64,000 nt of DNA. Origin: Gemmatimonadota bacterium. GTDB taxonomy: Bacteria > Gemmatimonadota > Gemmatimonadetes > Palauibacterales > Palauibacteraceae. The stretch lies in NCBI GenBank assembly GCA_963666735.1, contig OY762926.1:2752001-2816000 (forward strand), in the 5' to 3' direction. Below the pieces are notes generated by a model. That model was not told the origin of the DNA. It saw only the letters and a list, made by a program, of their open reading frames with translations, and made no database searches. Of the stretch, positions 10,656-20,650 are shown piece by piece. Each line of letters opens with the position of its first letter. The first letter of the stretch is position 1. Position numbers and translations under genes: made by a program.

Positions 10656-11528
10656 CCCCGGCGGCGGCTCCGGGCCGCGCCGAGCGGTTCCGGGACCTCG
10701 CGGAGACCGCCTTCGACATCCTCGTCATCGGCGGCGGCGTTTCCGGCGCGGCCATCGCGTGACGCGGCCCGCCGCGGTTTTCGCACCGCTCTCGTCGAAG
10801 CCGCGGATTTCGCGTGGGGCACGAGCAGCCGTTCCTCCCGCCTCGTGCACGGCGGCCTGCGCTACCTGGAGCACTTCGAATTCGACCTCGTGTTCGAGGC
10901 GAGCCAGGAGCGGCGGACCCTGCTTCGCATCGCGACCCACCTCGTTTGGCCGCTGGAGTTCCACTTTCCGATCTTCCGGGACGGTCGCATCGGCCGAAGG
11001 AAGCTGGACGCGGGGATGTGGCTCTACGACGCGCTCTCGCTGTTCCGGAACAGCGAACGCCATCAGACGACGCCGAGGCCATGCTCGCCTGCGAACCGGG
11101 GCTGCGTGCCGAGGGGCTTCTGGGCGGCGCGCGCTACTTCGGTGCCCAAGTCGACGATGGACCGCCTGCAGGCGTTCCTTGCGCCGGCTGGCGTGAAGGC
11201 GCTTCGGAAGGTGGACGCGGACAAGGTTCCGCTCCCCGGCGAGAGGGTCGTCGCGGAGAGGCCGCACCTTCTGGCCGAAGCGGTGTATGCGGTGCGGAGC
11301 GAGATGGCCCTTCACGTCGAAGACATTCTCTTTCGGCGGATGCGGGTCGGCCTCGAGACGCGCTCCGGGACGCCGGAGGCGGCGCGCCGCGTCGCCGAAG
11401 TCGTGGTGCCGGAGCTGGACTGGACAGGCGAACGGAAGGCGGAGGAAGTGAAACGGGCGCTGACATTCAGGGCAGTGGACGACGGCGCGATCCGCGAACC
11501 GGCCGCCCGCGCGCAGGGGGTCCGCTGA
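10652..11528 (+). pseudogene. glpD: Glycerol-3-phosphate dehydrogenase/oxidase, frameshifted and internally deleted
   Basis: DILVIGGGVSGAAIA is followed by a frameshift at about 10760. The next frame gives DAARRGFRTALVEAADFAWGTSSRSSRLVHGGLRYLE. A further shift near 11065 gives EPGLRAEGLLGGARYFGAQVDD, which then jumps to C-terminal AEAVYAVRSEMALHVEDILFRR. Only about 880 nt remain. Confidence 0.85.
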
Positions 11529-12232
11529 ACGGGCGGCCTTTCCGGTCGGGCCGCACTCTCTCTCCGCTTGTGTGGCTCGCGGCGGCCTGCGCCCCGGCCG
11601 ACGACACCTCCGATTCGTCCGCTGTCCCGCCCGACTCCGTGCCGCCTGACGAGGCCGCAGCGGCCACCTCGCTCCCGGGCGAGGGTCCAACCCGCGAATA
11701 CCGGATTCTCCTGGTCAATCCGCTCGAAACCGATGCGTACGTCTCCGCCGCCGCCGGCGCCGGGAGCGTGGTGCTCGATACCGTGCCCCGCCGCGATTCG
11801 GTCCGTGTGAACGTTCGGGTGCGAGCCGACCTCGTTCGGCTCGAGGCGCGTGACGCGGGAGGCCTGCTGCTGGCGGAGGTCGACCTCGCGCTGGCACGGG
11901 ACATCCTCAACCGCTGGGTCATCGACGGCGACGCCTCCGCCGGACCTGTCACCATCGGGCCGGAGAGTTCGTTAATCGGCAGGGAGGCCTTATATTGTGG
12001 GAGCGATCTGTGTCGGGATTCGGCGTTAGATGCGGCGTTGGGTGCAGGGACGATGGGGGAGGGGGGACGCCATGAAGAAGTTCAGGATCGCGCTGGCGCT
12101 CGTCGCGAGTATCGCGATGATCGTCGTCGGGCAGCGTCAGGTGGGCCAGAAGGAAGTGCGGACGCAGAAGGCCGACATCCAGGGAGTCGATTCCGAGAAC
12201 GAGGCCTTGTTCATCTAGCTGCTGGCCGATGA
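11525..12232 (+). CDS. Putative lipoprotein, possibly degenerate (start and stop uncertain)
   Basis: Lipobox-like VWLAAAC followed by globular-looking sequence (YRILLVNPLETDAYVSA...NRWVID). The only candidate start is a CTG overlapping the glpD stop, and the frame runs on through the downstream small ORF. Confidence 0.4.
   Translation: MNGRPFRSGRTLSPLVWLAAACAPADDTSDSSAVPPDSVPPDEAAAATSLPGEGPTREYRILLVNPLETDAYVSAAAGAGSVVLDTVPRRDSVRVNVRVRADLVRLEARDAGGLLLAEVDLALARDILNRWVIDGDASAGPVTIGPESSLIGREALYCGSDLCRDSALDAALGAGTMGEGGRHEEVQDRAGARREYRDDRRRAASGGPEGSADAEGRHPGSRFRERGLVHLAAGR
12072..12218 (+). CDS. Small 48-aa protein with N-terminal hydrophobic/signal segment
   Basis: G-rich RBS, ATG and GC3-rich codons. 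Sequence MKKFRIALALVASIAMIVVGQRQVGQKEVRTQKADIQGVDSENEALFI. A TATATT -10-like element lies at 11991-11996. Confidence 0.65.
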   Translation: MKKFRIALALVASIAMIVVGQRQVGQKEVRTQKADIQGVDSENEALFI

Positions 12233-12300
12233 CCGGCGGCCTCGCCGGTCCTTCCGTCTGAAGAGCCGTCGGGCACTCTCGCGTCGGACGGTGACGGAGC

Positions 12301-13578
12301 ATGACAGGTGCGAGGCACCGGATGAGTCCAGCCAAGTGTAGCGTCGCCCGCCGGATCGGTTTGCGTGGTCGCGTGCTCCGAATCGCCATGCTGCTGCCGG
12401 CGGTGGGGCTCGCCGCATGCTCCGGAGAGAGCTTCGGACCGCTGACGGGGTTCTCGAACTGCTCGCTTCCGCTCACGAACTTCACGGACGCCGGCGTCGA
12501 GCGCTCGAGTATTCCGGCGCTCACGAACCCGGAGGTCGCCACCAGGCTCATCGCGCCCCACGTCGGCTACGTCAATCGCAGCGATCTGGTGATCGGCCTC
12601 GAGTTCAACGGCCAGCCCCTCGCCATACCCCTGAAACTCCTCTGGTATCACGAAGTTCTGAACCTGCAGGCCGACGTCGACTCGACCGTTGCGGGTGCGG
12701 CGGGAGAACGGCTCACGGTCACCTATTCGCCCCTTACGGGGTCGGTCAGCGTCTTCGATCCCGAGCCGAGCGGCACGCCCGACTTCGCCGTGTCCAGCTA
12801 CGTGCTCGACAACAACCTCGTGATGGATGATGGTTCCGGGACGCTCTACCCTCAGTTGACGCGCTCCGCCACCTGCGGCCCGCAGGACGGCATCAGCCTG
12901 AAGCGCGTTCCGTACGAGTTGATGGTGTACGGGGCCTGGCTCCAGGTCTTCCAGGACACCTGGATCGCAACGCGCGTGACGGGGCACGACTTCCTATACA
13001 CCCTCTACCCGTACGGGAACTATCGGGATCCGGACAACGCATCGCTCTTCTATCCGACGTCCGCCCCGATCGACTTGCGACGAAGGCCCAAGGAGCGCGT
13101 GGTCGGAATCCCGTCGGGGACCGGCGGCTACGCGTTCGCCATCTCGGACCTGAGAGAGGTGGCGGCGCGGGACCAGGAAGGGCAGAACTTCACTGTCTGG
13201 GCCGCGAGTGCCAGGGTCGGCGGCGAACCCGTGGTTGCCTTCTGGAACTCCATCGCGCAGAGCGCGCGGATCTACCATGCCCGTGTCAACGGGCGGTCTC
13301 TCACGTTTGAAGTCATCGACGGTCGCCGACAGGACGTGGAAACGGGGAGCGTGTGGAACTTCGGCGGCGAGGCCGTGGCGGGCCCGCTCGACGGAGAAAG
13401 GCTCGAGCCTCATCCCGAGGCGTACCACGCATTCTGGTTCGCCTGGGCGGCGTTCCAGCCGGACACGGAGGTGTGGGTCCCTCCGATTCCTCTCACCGGC
13501 TCCGCGGATTTCGTGCCGGCGGACGACGCGACGCTGCTGCCGCCGGATCCGGATCTGATGAGACGGCGGCCGCGCTGA
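12301..13578 (+). CDS. DUF3179 domain lipoprotein
   Basis: Lipobox LAAC; SIPALTNP, LWYHEVLN, VTYSPLTGS, DVETGSVWNFGGEAVAGPL and FWFAWAAFQPDT. The start may be 12322 or 12388. Confidence 0.82.
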   Translation: MTGARHRMSPAKCSVARRIGLRGRVLRIAMLLPAVGLAACSGESFGPLTGFSNCSLPLTNFTDAGVERSSIPALTNPEVATRLIAPHVGYVNRSDLVIGLEFNGQPLAIPLKLLWYHEVLNLQADVDSTVAGAAGERLTVTYSPLTGSVSVFDPEPSGTPDFAVSSYVLDNNLVMDDGSGTLYPQLTRSATCGPQDGISLKRVPYELMVYGAWLQVFQDTWIATRVTGHDFLYTLYPYGNYRDPDNASLFYPTSAPIDLRRRPKERVVGIPSGTGGYAFAISDLREVAARDQEGQNFTVWAASARVGGEPVVAFWNSIAQSARIYHARVNGRSLTFEVIDGRRQDVETGSVWNFGGEAVAGPLDGERLEPHPEAYHAFWFAWAAFQPDTEVWVPPIPLTGSADFVPADDATLLPPDPDLMRRRPR

Positions 13579-13627
13579 GTCGCGGCGCCTCCGCTGTTCG
13601 AGGCCGGGTCGGTAGGGTCCGGCGGCG

Positions 13628-14824
13628 TCAGCGCGTCCCGGGCAACGTGGGCATCGGATATTTCTCGAGCCAGGCGAAATCGAATTCGTCGCTTCGCACC
13701 AGGTAGGCGCTTGCCGCGCCGAAGGTGACGAGGCGCCGGTCCTCGGGCAGTTCCACCCGGGCGACTCGCTGCCCGCCCGCGTCGAACACATCGTACAGGT
13801 GCGGCTCGCCCGCGGGCACATGACGCCGAACCCACGCCCGGCCTTCCCCATCGACCGCGACCGCCCCGGCCGGGATCACCGGCTTCACGTCGGGCCACTC
13901 GAAGTCGGAGGGATCCGCGGCGCTCGAGCCTGAAGGCGCACGGCTCATGGACATCCGCATCCCGCCGCCGTCGTCCGTGGCCTCGACGCGCAAGCCTCCT
14001 CCGAGGCCCTCGATCCACTCATCCTGGTCCGCCCGGCGCACGCGTACCGGTTCGTAGGCGATCTCGGGCCCCCGCGTGACCCCGCCCGCCGGATCCACCC
14101 ACTCGAGCCGGTAGCCGTCCGCGCGGGCGATCGCCACCCGGCCGTCCCAGGCCACGTTCCACGCATCCTGGTTGGAGAACGGCACGGGCCGGATGTTCAC
14201 GCTGCGGTTGTTGGCGTCACCCGACTCCACCCGCGTCTGTTCCGCCAGCCGGACCCGGCCGGCCTCGGAAATCTCGCCGGAGGCCGGATCGAAGCGCGCC
14301 ACGACCGCCGAATCCGACGTGCCCGCCATCCCGTCTAGTCGCCGCTGGAAGTAGATCCCGCCGTCGCGGTCGGTCCCCACCGGAATCATCATCGTCATCC
14401 CGGTATTCGGGGCTCCGTGCGCGATGGGCCACGTCTCGCCGAAGCTGAGGTCCGCCTCGATGCGGGTGAGCCGGGCGTTGCCGAGGTCGACGAGGAGCGT
14501 CCCGCCGTCCGGAAGGGGGAAGAGACCGTCCGGCGTCCGGTATTCCTCCGGACCCTGACCCGTGTTGGTCAGCGTGTCCGCGCCGCTCCCGGGCATCCAC
14601 ACGATGACGGCGGCGCCGAAGCCGTCCGCTATGAGTACGCGCCCGTCTTCGAGTTCGCGCACGCCACGCATGGAGCCGAGCCCGTCCTCGAAGGTTGCGG
14701 TCGCCGTCCCGAACGAAACCTGCGGCGCCTCCTGTGCCGCGGCCACGCCAGCCGCCCCCACGCCGGCCGCCGCCGCCGCCAGCCCGACGCGGATCATACC
14801 GGTGTTCGCTGCCGTCCTTGTCAT
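13628..14824 (-). CDS. Secreted 6-bladed beta-propeller-like protein
   Basis: Signal peptide ending AAAQ; GQGPEEYRTP, LLVDLGNARL and AVDGEGRAWVRR, YDVFDAGG are typical of this secreted family. Confidence 0.7.
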   Translation of the reverse strand: MTRTAANTGMIRVGLAAAAAGVGAAGVAAAQEAPQVSFGTATATFEDGLGSMRGVRELEDGRVLIADGFGAAVIVWMPGSGADTLTNTGQGPEEYRTPDGLFPLPDGGTLLVDLGNARLTRIEADLSFGETWPIAHGAPNTGMTMMIPVGTDRDGGIYFQRRLDGMAGTSDSAVVARFDPASGEISEAGRVRLAEQTRVESGDANNRSVNIRPVPFSNQDAWNVAWDGRVAIARADGYRLEWVDPAGGVTRGPEIAYEPVRVRRADQDEWIEGLGGGLRVEATDDGGGMRMSMSRAPSGSSAADPSDFEWPDVKPVIPAGAVAVDGEGRAWVRRHVPAGEPHLYDVFDAGGQRVARVELPEDRRLVTFGAASAYLVRSDEFDFAWLEKYPMPTLPGTR

Positions 14825-14852
14825 CGTATTTCCTGCGGGTCTGCGGGTCCTC

Positions 14853-15089
14853 TTACCAGTTCTCTTCGGGCTCGTCCCATGTCTGGGCCCAGAATTCGTC
14901 CTCCTCGGCCCTGACCGCCTCGAGATCCACCGGTTCAACGTCCTCCGCGTCCACGCGGCCCACCGTCTCGATGCGCTGCACGATTTCGTCCGTCACGCCG
15001 CTCCGGGTCTCGCGGCGCAGTCGGCTGCGAAGCCTCCAGCCGGTCACCGCCACCAGCACCGCAAGCGCCATGAAAATGTAACCGGTCAC
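14853..15089 (-). CDS. Small membrane-anchored hypothetical protein
   Basis: N-terminal transmembrane helix, acidic C-terminus (EEDEFWAQTWDEPEENW) and GC3 bias. Confidence 0.7.
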   Translation of the reverse strand: MTGYIFMALAVLVAVTGWRLRSRLRRETRSGVTDEIVQRIETVGRVDAEDVEPVDLEAVRAEEDEFWAQTWDEPEENW

Positions 15090-15185
15090 CGTTTCTCACC
15101 GCCCTCGACTGCCGGCCGACGGGTGTGGGGCCGCGGTAGTACCTCGGCTACCCGGGCGCCGATGCCTTCCTGCGCCGCGGCACCG

Positions 15186-17893
15186 CTAGAGCCCCAGCCA
15201 GTGTTCGAACTTGACCAGGAAGATATTGGTGGAGGGAATCCGCGCGAGGTCGGTCAGGTCGTCGCCGAAGCGGAACGAGCCATCGTTGACGAACGACTGC
15301 TGGTCGCGGCTCCAGACCAGGAACACGGTCGAGCCGGGCCGATACTGCCAGCGCAGGACCAGGTTGGAGCGGAACGACTTCACGTTGAAGTCGGGATCGG
15401 CAAAGCCGAAGTCCGCTCTTCCGTCCCGGTCGGAGTCGACCTCGTAGAGCCCGCGGCCGTTCGCCTCCACCCGCCGGATCTCGTTCTCGCCGTACGTCCG
15501 GAAGCGATCGGAAAAGGCGGAAGCCCGCGGATCATCGACCTCCATGAAGCGGTCGTAGCTCCCCGCGCTCACGAAGGGCTGGGCGTAGAACTGAAGGGAG
15601 AGGTCCGGGCTGAACGTGTAGTTCAGGCGGGTCGTGATCGAGACCGTCTGCTGGCTCAGACGCGCGAACACGTAGCGCGTCCCGTCCGACGCGCCGGGCC
15701 GCGAGACGAACTGCCACGCCCGATCGTTCCACTGCAGACTCGGGCCGAAGTTGAGCTGGAGACGGCTCGACGGCTGGAGCATCACGTTCGGCGACAGGCC
15801 CAGGCGGCGGGTCGCGGTGCTGTACTCTCCTCCCGCGTTGAATACGGCTCCGAGCCGCACGGGCTTGCGGGAGTCGGTGAACACGCCGCCCCAGCTGCTC
15901 CACTGGCTGGGCTGGTAGAGGGAAGGCCCTCCGCGCAGTGCCGTGGTGGCGATTCCCGCCCACTCCTGGTTGAACCCGGCGAAGCCGCGCCAGAAATTCT
16001 TGAGCTGAAAATTCCCGTTCACGTTGCCGCCCGTGAACTGCCGTTCGCCGGCGAACGTCCAGCCGGACCACGTCGCCGCGTTCACGCCCCAGTTCCGGAA
16101 CGGCCCCTGCGGCCGGAACTGCTCGTAGTTCACCCAGGCCGCCCCGACCCGGTAGTCCGAGTTCTGCTGGAAGCCGAGGTCGTTGGACTCGAAGCCGGGC
16201 GACCGGTTCTCGCCGAACAGTCCGTAGCGCCAGTTCCCGCCTCCGACCCTTGAGAAGCTGATCGTCGACGTGCTGCCCGAGAGACGCGTGCGGGTGGGGT
16301 CCAGTCCGTGCCTCGAGTCCGGGCTCTGGAAGTAGTGGACGGAGGAGCGCTGGATGCGCTCGATCGCCTCCGGACTCCCGCTCACCGTGCTCCCGATCAG
16401 GTGACCGTCGATCTGATAGTTCCCGTTCCCGAACCGGTGGCGGAAGTCGATCCCTCCCGTGTACGCGGCGTCCGTCAGGAAGACGAGCGGCCCTCCGGCG
16501 TCCAGGTGCCGGTTCGTGGCGGTGCCGATGACGCCGATCGCGCTCTCTCCGTCGCGGAAGTCCTTGATGACCCGCGCCACGGCGTAGTGGTCATCGGCTC
16601 CACGAGCTGGTCGCCGGAGGCGCCTCCCGGCGAAATGAAGCGGGCGTTCTCACTCGAGGTGAGGGCATCGAGGAACCCGATCGACCAGCCGTCCGCCGTC
16701 TTCCCGGACAGTTTCGCGGCTCCGAGAATGCTCGTCGCCTTCGGCACGTCGCGGTAGGCCGCCGGGCTCGTCACGGACCCCTGGGGCGTCCGCCCGACCC
16801 GGCGGCTGTAGAAAAGCGACTCGTTGTTATCATCGCCCGCCCCGAAGGAAAAACCGAAGATGTCCGATCCCTCCTGGAAGAACGGCCGCTTCTCGGGAAA
16901 GAACGTTTCGAACGCCGTGAGGTTCACGACGGACGGATCCGCTTCGACCTGCCCGAAGTCGGGGTTGACCGTCACATCGAGCGTGAGGTTCTCCGTGATC
17001 CCGTACTTCAGGTCTCCCCCCACCGTCTGGCGCAGGGCCGTGGCCGCGTAGAACGGATCGTCAGCCGAGCCCGGCGTCCGCGTGGCCGAGGAGAGGACGT
17101 AGGGCCGCACTTCCAGATTGCGGCGCGGCTGGAGACCCCGCAGGTCGCGCAGCGTGCCGAACGCGGACACGACCCGCGAGCGGTCCTCCGGCAGGGGAGA
17201 CCACGCGCTCGACTCCTCCAGGCGGGCGATCTCGCGCAGGAAGTTGATGCCCCACGTACTTCCGGCGCCGTCGGAGGATCCGGCGAACCGGAGCTGCGAG
17301 AGGGGGATCCGCAGTTCCGCAGTCCAGCCCGTTTCGTCCGAGCGCGTCGCGCTTTCCCACACCGCGTTCCAATCGCCGTCCTCCTCGGTGTCGGAGAACA
17401 TCAGCGCGTCGCTCTGGACGCCCGCCACGCTGACGGAGAAGCGGAACGCCGTGCGGTGATCGAAGTAGCTGTCGAGCGCGACGTGAAAGGCGTCCGTCGT
17501 CACCTGCTCGTCGCGGCGCGCGAGCCGGCGAATAATCCCGTCGGGATCGCGGTCGTGCATCCGCGCGCCGATGTAGACGGCGTCGTCCGTATAGAGGACC
17601 CGGACCTCGGTGCGCTCGCTCGCCGGCGCGCCCGGGTCGGGCTGGACCTGAACGAAGTCGGTGGCAATCGACGCCCCGTTCCACGCGGGTTCGTCCAGCC
17701 GCCCGTCGATCTGCGGCGGCTCCGTCGCCCGGACGGCTTGGAGCGCCGGGGCCGCGGCGGCCCGCGCGTGTGTTTCGCCGCCGATCGCGGAATCCTGTGC
17801 CGCGAGCGGCGCGGCCAGGCCCATCAACAGCACGAAAGCCGCCAGCCGGCGCAGCGGGGCGGCGGAATCTATCAAGAACGAGGAGAACCCCAA
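15186..17893 (-). pseudogene. CBM9-like/DUF5916 outer-membrane protein split by a 1-nt frameshift at about 16588
   Basis: The N-terminal part has IDGRLDEPAW, ERTEVRVLY, NPDFGQVEAD and FFPEKRPFFQEG. The C-terminal part has GFESNDLGF, NLVLRWQYRPGS and KFEHWL. The junction reads ATG ACC AC TAC GCC GTG GCG, one base short. This could be a sequencing error. Confidence 0.8.
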
Positions 17894-18018
17894 GGTGACC
17901 TTCCTTAAGCAGCCCGAACCCTGAAACCTGCGAATTAGGACGCGTCGAGCCGTCGAAAGGTTGCGGTCCGCCGCGTTCCTGACGGGAACGATGCCGGTGA
18001 GGAAAAAGTTGCAGGGGG

Positions 18019-18996
18019 TCAGCCGCCCGCGTCGGCCTCCAGGCGGGCGATCTCCGCCTCCGACGCGATGTAGCCGAACCCGGCCCACCCGGAACCCTCG
18101 AGAATGCGGCGGTACATCTCCACCGCCCGCGCCTCGCGGCCGTTGTAGAGGTGCCAGGTCGCGACGCCGTAGGCGACCGCCACGCCCGCCGGATCTCCGC
18201 TCGCGGGATCCCACAGTTCGTCGGCAGCGAGTTCCCCCTTGTACATGAGGAGGAGCCGGTGATAGCTGGTGTTCTCGATGACGTCGAGGTCCGCCGTCAC
18301 GGGTTCGAGGACCTCCGCCGCCTCCGCGTCGCGGCCCAGACGGCGGAGCGCCATGTACCACCAGTGCGAGATCGCCACGAGCTGGTCGGGGTTCGTCGTC
18401 ACCGCCCCGTAGTTCTCGTAGGACGGCAGCGCCCCCTCGAAGTCGCCCTGGAGGTAGCGGGCCAGCGCCAGGTGGTAGTGGATGTTCGACTGCAGCGTGC
18501 TCGTCGGTATGCCGCGTGCGTTGGGCTGGCCGTCCGGCTCGACCTCGTCCTCCTCGCCCCGGACCAGGCCGGCGGCGTACGAAAGGTCCTCGATCGCCCG
18601 GTCGAACTCGCGCACGCTGATCCAGCGGTGCCCGCGATGACGGTACATCCTCGCGTCGTCCGGGTGCTTCTCGATCCCCTCCGAGAAGATCTCGATCGCG
18701 TCGCGAAAGGCCCCCGTGTACCCGACGCGCCGGCCGAGCCAGATGATCGCGTCGGCGTCATCCGGATCCGCGTCGTAGTCCGCGCGCGCGGCTTCGACGT
18801 CGCGCGCCTGCTGCGCCGCGACCTCCGCCGCGGCGGGGGACGGATGGAGCGGTTCGCCCAGGAGCGAGATCGCCTCCGCCCCCTCCGGGAGTCCGTCCCC
18901 GCCGCCGGATGTTCCGGCGTCGTCCGCCGGCTCGTCGCAGGCCGCGAAGCCGAGCCCGAGCGCGAGAGCGCCGAGTTCCGTTCGATAGCGTTTCAT
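18019..18996 (-). CDS. Tetratricopeptide-repeat lipoprotein
   Basis: Lipobox GFAAC and TPR-like helices (IIWLGRRVGY, YRHRGHRWI, HYHLALARYL). Confidence 0.82.
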   Translation of the reverse strand: MKRYRTELGALALGLGFAACDEPADDAGTSGGGDGLPEGAEAISLLGEPLHPSPAAAEVAAQQARDVEAARADYDADPDDADAIIWLGRRVGYTGAFRDAIEIFSEGIEKHPDDARMYRHRGHRWISVREFDRAIEDLSYAAGLVRGEEDEVEPDGQPNARGIPTSTLQSNIHYHLALARYLQGDFEGALPSYENYGAVTTNPDQLVAISHWWYMALRRLGRDAEAAEVLEPVTADLDVIENTSYHRLLLMYKGELAADELWDPASGDPAGVAVAYGVATWHLYNGREARAVEMYRRILEGSGWAGFGYIASEAEIARLEADAGG

Positions 18997-19150
18997 CGTT
19001 ATTCCTCGTTATCCCCTCGTTACGCTTGGGAAGCGGGTTTCCGCGCGGCTCGCAAAACCCGGACCGGATGACGAGCGTACGGCGCACTGCCAAGATCCAA
19101 CATCAAGCCAGACTCGCGGGCGCGCCGCAAGAGCCGCAAGAGAGGTGGAC

Positions 19151-19432
19151 ATGACCGAGGAACACAGGGTGCCGGGTGAGAACCTCGTCCGGAAGATCAA
19201 GGAGATCATCCGGGAGGGGAACGTACGCCGCATCTCGATCCGGAACGAAGACGGAAAGGAGCTCATCGAGGTTCCGCTCTCCATCGGTGTCGTGGGGACG
19301 TTGATGCTGCCCGCCTGGGCGGCGATCGGCGCCATCGCCGCGCTCGTCACGAACTGCTCGATCGTCGTGGAACGCGAAGAACCCGAGGCGGAGGGAGCTG
19401 GCGAGCCGAGCGAGGTGCCTACCAGCGAATGA
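19151..19432 (+). CDS. DUF4342 domain protein
   Basis: LVRKIKEIIREGNVRRISI...IEVPLSIGVVG...WAAIGAIAALVTNCSIVVER, with a GAGG RBS. Confidence 0.88.
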   Translation: MTEEHRVPGENLVRKIKEIIREGNVRRISIRNEDGKELIEVPLSIGVVGTLMLPAWAAIGAIAALVTNCSIVVEREEPEAEGAGEPSEVPTSE

Positions 19433-19481
19433 GGCGTAGGGCTAATCAAAAAAAAGAGATTCGGAGCTGCTATAGCGCACC

Positions 19482-20022
19482 TGGAGCTGTCCCGCTTTCA
19501 CGGACGGTTGATTTCTGTGGTTGATCACCTCGGGTTCTGCTCCCTTCGGTCTCTCTCGGACGCGGGAGAGAGGCTCCGGGTGCGCGCCCGCGGTGCGCCT
19601 CATGCCGCATGGTTCCTCTCGTAGCTGGCCGGCGACTCGTAGCCGAGGGCCGAGTGCAGCCTGCGCGTGTTGTAGAAGCCCTCGATGAAGCCGAACACCT
19701 CTCGCCGGGCCTCCGACGCCGTGCGGAGCGAGAGCGCCATCGCCAGAGCGGCCTCGACGAGCTCGGTCCGCATGTGGGTCGCCATGGCCCAGCCGACGAC
19801 GCGGCGGATCCAGACGTCGAGCACGACGGCCGGATACAGCCAGCCCGCCCACGTGGGCACGTACGTGATGTCGGCCACCCACAGCTGGTCGGGCCCCGAG
19901 GCCGTGAAGTCGCGCATCACTTCATCAGCCGCCCCACGGGCTTCCGGCCCACCCGCTCGCCCTCGGCCCTCAGCGCCGCGTGGATCCGCGGACGACCGTA
20001 CGTCTCGCCGCTGAGCCTCTCG
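19482..20022 (-). mobile_element. IS3-family remnant (truncated orfB with internal deletions, one terminal IR retained)
   Basis: TYGRPRIHAALRAEG (HTH), RDFTASGPDQLWVADITYV...WLYPAVVLD and FIEGFYNTRRLHSALGYESP. The central HSD/E region is missing. An IS3-like end TGGAGCTGTCCCGCTTTCACGGACGG starts at 19482. Confidence 0.85.
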
Positions 20023-20650
20023 ACGGGCGGGAGCGCCATGGTGCTGGACGCGGTCATCGAGCGCGGGAACCCAGCCGACAGCTAACGCCTGATCCAGATG
20101 CTCGAGCGGCACGCGGAGTGTACGGGGTGGCGCCGGCGCCGGCGGCGCGCGACGGGCCTACGCGAGCAGGGCGAACCTGCGCGATGCGAAGCGCCGGGCA
20201 TCGTCGACATGATGTTCCACAAGAGGCAAAGGGGCCGGCCCCGGTGGAGGTGGCGTCCTCGGCGGGCGTCTACGGGCGGCTCAAGCGGTTCCGGGCCGGG
20301 ATGGAGGCGGCGATCGCGTGCCTGAAGCGCAGCTTCGGGCTTTAGCGGTGCAACTGGCGGAGCCTGAGCACTTCCGGCCCTACGCGTGGTCGGCCACCGT
20401 CACGCACAATCTCGTTGTCCTTGCTCAAAGCCGGCTGAAACTCCAGCCGGCGTAGCGCCGGCCCCCTTCGATGAACCGCAAGGCTGACTCGCAAGAGTTG
20501 GGCGCTTCCGCGCTTCGCGGGTCAAGCAGACGCGCCTGAGGTGCGCGAAACCACCCCAGCCGACCGTTCGGAGTACCGAGACGGGCAGAATCGAGGGGTG
20601 AGAGCCTCGCGGGACATCCCGGGAATCCGTATTTATTGAACGGGAACTAG
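20010..20650 (+). mobile_element. ISNCY/IS5-like transposase 3' remnant with putative right end
   Basis: Fragments LSTGGSAMVLDAVIERGNPADS*, VYGRLKRFRAGMEAAIACLKRSFGL*RCNWR and HNLVVLA with stops and frameshifts. An AT-rich end-like sequence TTTATTGAACGGGAACTAG finishes at 20650. Confidence 0.7.

Noticed and set aside
10760..10762. TGA in glpD as a second selenocysteine codon
   Set aside because: Homology continues in a different frame and the position is not a Cys site, so it is a frameshift product.
16575..16600. Programmed ribosomal frameshift in the DUF5916 gene
   Set aside because: No slippery heptamer or homopolymer at the junction.
19448..19455. A8 tract as a phase-variation site or terminator
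   Set aside because: It is intergenic, has no convincing adjacent stem, and lies next to an IS end. No functional support.
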